Shown: one piece after another, positions 57,619 through 64,000 of the stretch
Layout of the letters: every line of letters begins with the position of its first letter
How positions within the stretch are numbered: the first letter of the stretch is position 1
Program-made: the position numbers and the translations under genes
Notes under the pieces: model-generated
Databases searched by the model: none
Told to the model about the DNA's origin: nothing
What the model saw: only the letters and a program-made list of their open reading frames with translations
Source: an uncultured Erysipelotrichaceae bacterium
GTDB taxonomy: Bacteria > Bacillota_I > Bacilli_A > RFN20 > CAG-826
Direction of reading: 5' to 3'
Assembly: GCA_946183085.1 (NCBI GenBank)
Contig: CAMGZU010000002.1
Coordinates: 2,339-66,338 of the forward strand
DNA length: 64,000 nucleotides

Positions 57619-59370
57619 TTATCCTTTCAGATCGGAAAGCTTCTTGATGCTCTTGGGGTTGATGGGCGTGATCATCGCGTCATAGGGCGCGAAGACCTCC
57701 GCGGAGATGTAGTTTAGTCCCGAACGGACGAGGAGTTCAATCGCATTCCATCCGTCGACGTCGCTCGCCATGATCGGCTTGCGGTATTTGATGAGTCGCT
57801 CAACAAGCGCATGGAGCTCGGCGCGGATCTTGGTGTCGATGCCGGCGCGCACCCCCGCAAAAGCGAAGGAGACGATGTAGTTGTCGAAAATCGGATAGAT
57901 GGCGTCCGGGAGCATGAGCTCGCTGCCATTGACGAGGAGCGTGACTTGATATCCCTTGGTCTTGATGAGGCTGATGGCTTTCGAGAAGCCTTCGACGCCC
58001 AAGTTGGATAAGTGGCTCCGGATGTCATCTTCCGCGATCATGAACGAGATGCGGTTGTTGCGGAATTTCGTCGTGATGTTGGAGAAGGTCGGGAGAACGT
58101 AATCCATCTCATCGACGCGGATTGGGTAATAGAGCATCGTCTCCGCCGATTCGCGCTCCGCGACATAAGTCGGGATGACGTTTTTGGCGATGGTCGCGAA
58201 GAGGTTCTTGGCCTCGTCCGCCCTCGCCGCGTAGTTCTTGAGCTCGTCGATGGATGGGAAGTAGGCATCGATCGGCTGGGCCTGGGAGAGATAGCCCACC
58301 ACTTTCATGTCTAGCACCGAGAACATCGGGCGGAACATAAAGGAGAGGCGCTTGTCGTTGATGATGCGCTCCACCTCGGAACGGTAGCTGCTTTCGGTAA
58401 GGGCGAAGGAGTTTTTCTTGCCCTTTTGATACCAGGCGTATTGGGCGTTCACGTCGTAAGCGAGGTGCGCGGCCTTTTTGGCCTCGGCAATGATCGGCTC
58501 GATGTCGTTATGGAAATCGGGAAGGTGCTCGCAAATGCCAACACGGACTTCAATGGAAGAGGTGAGCGAATTGATGGCGAGGTGACGCTTCACGGATTTG
58601 AGGAGCGTCTCCACCAAGAAGACGGCCTTAGGCTGGCCGGTGAGCTTCAAATCGGTGAGGGCGATTTCGTTGCCCGAAACCTGCAAGAGGTAACGCCGGG
58701 GCCCATTGCAGGATTGGAAGACGACGTCTTTGAGCTGGTCGAAGACGCGCGGATCGATCGCGCGGTCTTGCTCGGTCGGCTTGCGATAACGGAAATAGGC
58801 GACGCACGTGACGCCTTTCCCCAACGTCGAGCCATGGACGAGCTTCTGGAGCTCTTTGACGGTCGTAAGCTTCAAGCTCGCTTTGCCAATGCGGTCCGGT
58901 GACATGAATTTGAAGAGATAGCTCTCCATGTGGATGCGGCCGAGTTTCCGGTTGATCGAGGAAACCTCGAGCATCGAGAAATACTGCTTATGGCTTTTGG
59001 TGAGCATGACGCCCGTCTCCATATAGGTCGGGGCGTTGGATTCCGGGTCGAGGAGCTCGCTGATCCATTCGATCAGCCTCACCTGCTCATCGTTGGGGAA
59101 TTGGCCATAGAAATCGGTGAGCGGCATCGTGCGGATGGCGCGCAGGGTCGTGACGTTGAAGAACGTGACGGTTTGCGAGGGGTAATCGATGACGAAAACG
59201 CGGACGGAATTCCCCTTCTCCAAGAGGTTCCGGCGATAGTCCGCATCGCGGGTGCTCGCGGCCGCGGCGAAAGAAATCGCGACGATCAAAGCGATGACCA
59301 AAAGCAGGACGGTTGCGACCCAAAACCAATCAAGTGGCGGGGTTTTCAATAAGAAGGCAATCTTCATCAC
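57619..59370 (-). CDS. membrane-anchored protein with degenerate GGDEF-like and EAL-like domains (putative c-di-GMP receptor), co-transcribed with proS
   Basis: N-terminal TM helix. Middle ...RRYLLQVSGNEIAL... in place of GGDEF. C-terminal ...FMFRPMFSV..., ...FMIAEDD..., ...LLVNGSE... in place of the EAL DDFGTG motif. Confidence 0.5.
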   Translation of the reverse strand: MMKIAFLLKTPPLDWFWVATVLLLVIALIVAISFAAAASTRDADYRRNLLEKGNSVRVFVIDYPSQTVTFFNVTTLRAIRTMPLTDFYGQFPNDEQVRLIEWISELLDPESNAPTYMETGVMLTKSHKQYFSMLEVSSINRKLGRIHMESYLFKFMSPDRIGKASLKLTTVKELQKLVHGSTLGKGVTCVAYFRYRKPTEQDRAIDPRVFDQLKDVVFQSCNGPRRYLLQVSGNEIALTDLKLTGQPKAVFLVETLLKSVKRHLAINSLTSSIEVRVGICEHLPDFHNDIEPIIAEAKKAAHLAYDVNAQYAWYQKGKKNSFALTESSYRSEVERIINDKRLSFMFRPMFSVLDMKVVGYLSQAQPIDAYFPSIDELKNYAARADEAKNLFATIAKNVIPTYVAERESAETMLYYPIRVDEMDYVLPTFSNITTKFRNNRISFMIAEDDIRSHLSNLGVEGFSKAISLIKTKGYQVTLLVNGSELMLPDAIYPIFDNYIVSFAFAGVRAGIDTKIRAELHALVERLIKYRKPIMASDVDGWNAIELLVRSGLNYISAEVFAPYDAMITPINPKSIKKLSDLKG

Positions 59371-59457
59371 GCCTTGAAGTCTATCACAATGTGGTTATAA
59401 CCACATAGAGTTTCGATTGTTTCCCACGGAAACGAGTGATAATATATCTCCCGCCGC

Positions 59458-59549
59458 GGAGAAATACCCAAGCGGTTGAAGGGGTCAGTTTCGAAAACTG
59501 ATAGTGGGGCCACGCTCCAGCTGGGGTTCGAATCCCCATTTCTCCGCCA
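59458..59549 (+). tRNA. tRNA-Ser (anticodon CGA)
   Basis: GGAGAAATACCCAAGCGGTTGAAGGGGTCAGTTTCGAAAACTGATAGTGGGGCCACGCTCCAGCTGGGGTTCGAATCCCCATTTCTCCGCCA. Long variable arm. Promoter-like TTGTTT-17-TAATAT upstream. Confidence 0.85.
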
Positions 59550-59555
59550 CTAGAA

Positions 59556-59591
59556 AAAGAAAGCCGACGAAGCGATTCGCCGGCTTTTTTT
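59556..59591. terminator. bidirectional terminator after tRNA-Ser(CGA)
   Basis: AAAGCCGaCG-aagcgatt-CGCCGGCTTT hairpin with one mismatch, followed by TTTTTTT. Confidence 0.65.
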
Positions 59592-59604
59592 CGTATCTTT
59601 TCGC

Positions 59605-60798
59605 TTACTTGATCATGATGCGTTCAACCTTGAAGAGGCGGGAGACCACGAAGATCAACGCACCCGTTAAGACCAAGTTCACGCCGATCGTCGTCGCAAA
59701 GAAAGGCAGGTCGACGTTCCCCGTCTCTAATAGCGTCGACATCGAAAGGGCGATGTTGGCAAAGGGAACAAAGGCCAAGCCAAGCGATTTGCTCGAGACG
59801 ATGAAGGGCAAGAAGGAGGCGCCGATAGCAAGGATCATGAAGGGAGCCATCAAGCTGGAACACTCCTTCACCGACTTGGCGAAAGTCGAGACAACCATGC
59901 CGATCGAGACAAACAGAAGCAGCGTGGTGACGACCAAGGCGCCCATGAAAGCGATCATGCCCGGGGTAAGGGTGAAGTTAAGCCCCTGCATCAAATTCGG
60001 AAGCGATAACGCTAAGCCCAAGAAGGCCGTGATGCCGCTTGCCAAGGAAACCACGGAAATCGCTAAGATCTTGCCGATGGCAAGCTCGCCGCGCTTGATC
60101 GGGGTCAGAAGCATCGCGGATAAAGTTCCTCTTTCTTTCTCCCCCGCCACCGCATCCGGGCAGATCGAGACGACCGAGGAGAAAAGCAAGCTCATCGTCG
60201 CCATCGGAAGGAGAACCGACATAAGCTTCGCGCCCAAGAAGTCGCTCGAGCCGACGTTCGGCGTAATGGGTTTTCCATCGCTTCCGATGTTTACGAAATA
60301 GTTCTTATAGGCGTTATCCGCCAAAGAGAGGATGACTTCGTAAGCGTGGGAACCGATCGAAGAGGCGCCGTTATAGTAAATATGGATGTAATTGAAGGAG
60401 CCGTCGCGCACAGTGATCTTGTTCTCAAAATCGTCGGAGAAAACGACCAAAACATCGTATTTTCCTTGAGCCACTTCCTGCTTATAAGTCTCGACGTCGG
60501 AGACGAGAATGGCCTTGTAGGAAGCACTATTGGTTTTCTCGTCCTCGGATTGCTGGAGATAGGCCTCAAACGATTGCACGATGAGGGGCGAAGTCGCGGC
60601 ACCCGAGTTATCCGTGTAAGCGATATGGTAGGTGGTTTGGGTGATGGAACCCGTTAGATTGATGGTCGAGAAGACGCGGCCGACGACCGTATAGATGACG
60701 AAGATCAAAATGCCCGGGAGGAAGAGGGCCATGAGCATGCGCCGATCGGTGAAGTAACGGCGGATCTCTTTCTTGAAGACCGTGAGGACGTTTTTCAT
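59605..60798 (-). CDS. ABC-2 type transporter permease (NatB-like)
   Basis: 397 aa. N-terminal TM, large extracytoplasmic loop, five C-terminal TMs. Confidence 0.8.
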   Translation of the reverse strand: MKNVLTVFKKEIRRYFTDRRMLMALFLPGILIFVIYTVVGRVFSTINLTGSITQTTYHIAYTDNSGAATSPLIVQSFEAYLQQSEDEKTNSASYKAILVSDVETYKQEVAQGKYDVLVVFSDDFENKITVRDGSFNYIHIYYNGASSIGSHAYEVILSLADNAYKNYFVNIGSDGKPITPNVGSSDFLGAKLMSVLLPMATMSLLFSSVVSICPDAVAGEKERGTLSAMLLTPIKRGELAIGKILAISVVSLASGITAFLGLALSLPNLMQGLNFTLTPGMIAFMGALVVTTLLLFVSIGMVVSTFAKSVKECSSLMAPFMILAIGASFLPFIVSSKSLGLAFVPFANIALSMSTLLETGNVDLPFFATTIGVNLVLTGALIFVVSRLFKVERIMIK

Positions 60799-61571
60799 TG
60801 TTTTTCCTCCACTAAGTCAAAGAAGACATCCTCGAGGGATTTCTCTTTGGTGAGTTCTTGAAGAGTGCCTTCAAGCTTCATCTTGCCTTCGAGGATGATG
60901 CCGACCTCGTCGCAAAGCTTCTCGACGAGTGAGAAGATGTGGGTCGAGATGACGATGGCTTTCCCCTGCTTCTTGAGGTCGAGAAGGAAGTTCTCAACGT
61001 CGCGGGAAGCCAAAATGTCGAGGCCATTCGTCGGCTCATCATAAATGATGATTTCCGGATCGTGGCAAATCGAGATCGCCAAGGAGACCTTTTGCTTCAT
61101 GCCCGTCGAGAGATTCTTGATTTGGGCATTGGCAAAGGGCGTGACTCCGAAACGGGCGAAGACCTCTTCTTTGCGCTTCGCCGCCACTTCCGGGGGAATC
61201 CCATATAAGGCGGACATATAGTCATAGGTGTAAGAGGCCGTGAAGAAATCATCGAGCTTCAGTTCCGAGGTCAAAAAGCCCAAGTGCTTCCGATACTCGC
61301 TGAGATTATGGCCAACCGGCTTCCCTTGGTAGGTCAACTCCCCTTTATCTGGGGTCAAAAGGGTGGCTACCATGCGCAGAGTCGTTGTCTTGCCCGCGCC
61401 ATTTGGGCCAAGTAGGCCATAGATGACGCCAGGTTTTAGCGTCAGCGAGAGGTCATCGACGGCGACAAGAGAATCGGTCAGGACTTTCCTTTCTCTTTTC
61501 TGGCGGCTGTTCAATTTGAACGTTTTTCGGAGATGCTCGGCTTTTAGAATTGCATTTTCTTCCATAAACAC
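60795..61571 (-). CDS. ABC transporter ATP-binding protein (NatA-like)
   Basis: GPNGAGKTT, LSTGMKQKVSLA, IIYDEPTNGLD. 4-bp overlap with the permease gene. Confidence 0.9.
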   Translation of the reverse strand: MFMEENAILKAEHLRKTFKLNSRQKRERKVLTDSLVAVDDLSLTLKPGVIYGLLGPNGAGKTTTLRMVATLLTPDKGELTYQGKPVGHNLSEYRKHLGFLTSELKLDDFFTASYTYDYMSALYGIPPEVAAKRKEEVFARFGVTPFANAQIKNLSTGMKQKVSLAISICHDPEIIIYDEPTNGLDILASRDVENFLLDLKKQGKAIVISTHIFSLVEKLCDEVGIILEGKMKLEGTLQELTKEKSLEDVFFDLVEEKQ

Positions 61572-61669
61572 GCCTCCTTTGCAACTATTATCCCAATTCT
61601 TTCAAATCTTTTCAAGAGTTCTCATATCCCCTTGGTTCACCACGAAAAAGAAAACGCCGCGAAGGGCGT

Positions 61670-62728
61670 TTACTTGACGGGGCGGATGAAGAATCGTCCA
61701 TAGACTTGCTGAAGGGCCGTGACTTGGACGAAGGCGTGCGGATCCTCGTACATGACGAGTTTGACGACGCGCGCCACTTCGTGAGAGGAGATGACCATCG
61801 TGATGATGGATTTTTCTTGGCCAGAGAAGGCGCCGACACCCTTGGAGACGGTCGCGCCGTGCGGGACGTTGAGGAGCAAGATCTTGCTCATCTCGGGCAA
61901 GTTGGTGACGATTTTGATCTCCACCTTCTTGTTGCGGACGTTGATGATGTCCATGACCATTGCGGTGATGAACATGTAGAGGACCGTGTACATGATGCCA
62001 GCCATGACGTCGATGGTCTCCGGACCCCAGTAATAGAGGGCGCCATTGAGGACGACGAAGATGATGGCGGTCACCGAGTTCAGGATGACCGAATACTTGC
62101 CAACGGATGTGCTCTTTTTGAGAGCGATGTAATACGAAATCACATCAACGCCCCCATCGGAAAAGTCAAATTTGAAGGCGATGGAGGAGGCGACGCCAGT
62201 GCAGACGCCCGCAAACAAAGCGCGGGCCAAAAGGCCGCCATTGTTGGTGACGAAAAGATAAATGTTATAGATCCATTCCATGTCCGGAAGGAGACGCGTG
62301 ATCAAAGAGACCTCCAAAACGTTAATGAAGGTGAAGACAGTAAAACGTTTGCCAACCCCCTTCCAAGCGAGGAAGAAGATCGGGATGTTCAAGAGAAAGT
62401 AAAGGATTGGGTAGAAGTTCAGTTCAAACGATTCGTAGAACTTCATGCCCGCATCGCCAAAGGCACGGCAGATGATCTCGATTAAAATCGAGATGTTCTG
62501 GGAAATACCGGAGACGCCGCCCGAGACAAGGGCGAAAGGCGCGACGTGATCGCTCGCCGCCTTCGCTGCCGCAGGAACGGCCGGGGAAAGGAAGGCGCGG
62601 AAGCCAAAAGCGAAAATGAAGGAAGAGGCGGTACACACCAAAAACATGATGGTGTATTCCACGATTTTCTTGCCGACGATGTGGTTGATGCCCCACACGC
62701 GATAACGTTCTTGCAGACTCTTCTTCAT
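61670..62728 (-). CDS. YitT family membrane protein (DUF161 plus C-terminal DUF2179)
   Basis: Polytopic N-terminus and conserved C-terminal ...VVKLVMYEDPHAFVQVT.... Confidence 0.75.
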   Translation of the reverse strand: MKKSLQERYRVWGINHIVGKKIVEYTIMFLVCTASSFIFAFGFRAFLSPAVPAAAKAASDHVAPFALVSGGVSGISQNISILIEIICRAFGDAGMKFYESFELNFYPILYFLLNIPIFFLAWKGVGKRFTVFTFINVLEVSLITRLLPDMEWIYNIYLFVTNNGGLLARALFAGVCTGVASSIAFKFDFSDGGVDVISYYIALKKSTSVGKYSVILNSVTAIIFVVLNGALYYWGPETIDVMAGIMYTVLYMFITAMVMDIINVRNKKVEIKIVTNLPEMSKILLLNVPHGATVSKGVGAFSGQEKSIITMVISSHEVARVVKLVMYEDPHAFVQVTALQQVYGRFFIRPVK

Positions 62729-62915
62729 GCTTATTCGCGAAATGAATTATAACAACCGCAAAAACGAAAACAATTCTCCTCGGCGCTTTTCGGCGATTTC
62801 TCCCATCAAATCCTTAAAAAGAGTTTCGTCAACTCTTTGTTGCCCACTGGGGGGTCGAATGATACAATAACCGCGCTGTTTATTCATAAACAGGTCCCTA
62901 TCTCGGAGGCGCTTA

Positions 62916-63830
62916 ATGAAAATTTTAAAGGCTATTGGCGCATTCTTCGCCCGTATCTGGCGTTGGATCAAGGAAACCGCTTGGATCCAGCCGCTGCTCA
63001 TCGTCGGTGCGATTTTCGCCGTCATCTTCTCGATCCCCTACTTCTCCAGTTGGATCTCCTCGCTCGGCATCGGCAGCGAGAACTACTACTCCGTCCACAA
63101 GCGTTCGCTCGAAGGCGAGCTTAAGGAAGGCGAAACCGGCGCGAGGGTAGCCTCGCAGGCCGACAAGATCACCGAATCGATCCGCTACAACTCCAATTTC
63201 AAGGACGAAGACGAAGCCAAGCACCCTTACGATGAGACCGTCGCCGAATACGGCTACAAATACTTCCTCGTCTACGTTAAGGAAGACAGCTCCACCGCGT
63301 CCGAGCTCCAGGCCGCCTTTGAAACCCTCGAAGATGGCTGGAACACCAAATATGCCCCGAGCGTCTCGACCGTCAATGGCACCGCTCAGACCTTGCCGTT
63401 TAGGATCTACACGATCTTCGTTGACGAAGAATCCTCCACCGACGATAACACCAACTACGATTCCGAATCCGCGTTCAACCGTTATCTCGACGTCCACGCC
63501 GACTTCTTCGAGGATGCCGGCACCCGCTTCGAGGACCTTTGCCCCTACAAGTTCAACCGCTCCCTCGACGACACCAACTACAACTACTTCCTGACCGCCT
63601 CGAAAGAGAACTTCGTCGTCCCGTCCATCATGTTGGTCGACTACACCGACGAAGCGAAGCATCTCACCCGCTATGGCTCGACCGCCACTGGCCGCGTCGG
63701 CGCGAGCGAAATCCTCTTCTCCGTCACGGGCGACACCAAGTACGACAAAGCGGATACGCTCCTCAAGATGTGGAACCACGCTGACGACGACAAGTCCAAC
63801 CCCTTCTCCTCGTCTTATTCCACGAAATAA
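62916..63830 (+). CDS. hypothetical membrane-anchored protein (304 aa), acidic, Asp/Tyr-rich
   Basis: N-terminal TM helix. RBS GGAGG at 62904-62908. An inverted repeat sits between the -10 element and the RBS. Confidence 0.55.
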   Translation: MKILKAIGAFFARIWRWIKETAWIQPLLIVGAIFAVIFSIPYFSSWISSLGIGSENYYSVHKRSLEGELKEGETGARVASQADKITESIRYNSNFKDEDEAKHPYDETVAEYGYKYFLVYVKEDSSTASELQAAFETLEDGWNTKYAPSVSTVNGTAQTLPFRIYTIFVDEESSTDDNTNYDSESAFNRYLDVHADFFEDAGTRFEDLCPYKFNRSLDDTNYNYFLTASKENFVVPSIMLVDYTDEAKHLTRYGSTATGRVGASEILFSVTGDTKYDKADTLLKMWNHADDDKSNPFSSSYSTK

Positions 63831-63840
63831 AGCAAAACAA

Positions 63841-63870
63841 GCAAAACCGGGCACGCCCCGGTTTTCTTTT
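63841..63870 (+). terminator. rho-independent terminator
   Basis: AACCGGG-cacgc-CCCGGTT followed by TTCTTTTT. Confidence 0.75.
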
Positions 63871-63885
63871 TGCTATACTAGCCGC

Positions 63886-64000
63886 ATGGAAATCCTCTTC
63901 GAAGAAAAAGGGCTTCGCGTCCTTACGCGTGGGCGCGACCGCTCACCTATTACATATAAGGATAAAGGGATTCTTCTCAGCGCCAGCGACGAGATTCCTT
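63886..64000 (+). CDS. hypothetical protein, N-terminal fragment running off the window
   Basis: ATG at 63886 (MEILFEEKGLRVLTRG...) after the terminator. Open to the window edge. Confidence 0.35.
   Translation, partial: MEILFEEKGLRVLTRGRDRSPITYKDKGILLSASDEIP

Noticed and set aside
1-64000. Searched for CRISPR arrays, rRNA, and IS/transposase or integrase genes
   Set aside because: No regularly spaced direct repeats, no rRNA-like conserved stretches, and no transposase or integrase-like ORFs were seen. The low-GC island therefore lacks a recognisable mobility gene.

Overview
This 64 kb window is a bacterial chromosomal segment at about 55% GC, with one conspicuous stretch near 40% GC. Genes are densely packed on both strands. 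No rRNA, CRISPR array, transposase or integrase was found. TGA is used as a stop codon, so this is standard code and not mycoplasma code 4. I could not assign a taxon confidently; content (DegV, YitT, PepC/PepT, PotABCD, archaeal-type ProS, BadF-type activase, HypB) suggests an anaerobic Firmicutes-like or spirochaete-like organism. Recognisable genes: potABCD polyamine ABC importer on the minus strand at the left edge, divergent from a lipoprotein gene; LemA family protein co-transcribed after a large 2-TM protein; aminopeptidase C and peptidase T, divergent; MscS-type channel; uridine kinase with an overlapping amidohydrolase; three GGDEF/EAL signalling proteins, one a 1229-aa multi-sensor; DJ-1/PfpI; Mrp/ApbC; pyridoxal kinase; DegV; an MFS-spermidine-synthase fusion; two GNATs; HypB; two GT8 glycosyltransferases alternating with two PlsC-type acyltransferases; an XRE regulator with a membrane anchor; three ABC exporter units, including a heterodimeric pair; PAP2 phosphatase; nitroreductase; TetR; aldo/keto reductase; a BadF/BcrAD-type double-ATPase activase next to a Cys-rich HgdB/DCCP-like protein; class II ProS; YitT. 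Three tRNAs were read directly from the sequence: tRNA-Gln(CTG) and tRNA-Ser(GCT) on the minus strand, tRNA-Ser(CGA) on the plus strand. Most unusual: a six-gene minus-strand array (26537-30680) led by a Vsr-like endonuclease fused to a NUDIX hydrolase, with an ArsD-like Cys/His-tailed protein upstream and two unrecognisable proteins of 511 and 186 aa downstream. Next: a 2 kb ~40% GC island carrying an ABC exporter directly beside tRNA-Gln. Also notable: a membrane-anchored barnase-family RNase with no linked inhibitor; a 531-aa protein with five to six internal ERPAF...RNL repeats; an orphan hypB. Many long ORFs in the six-frame table are antisense shadow ORFs and were rejected.
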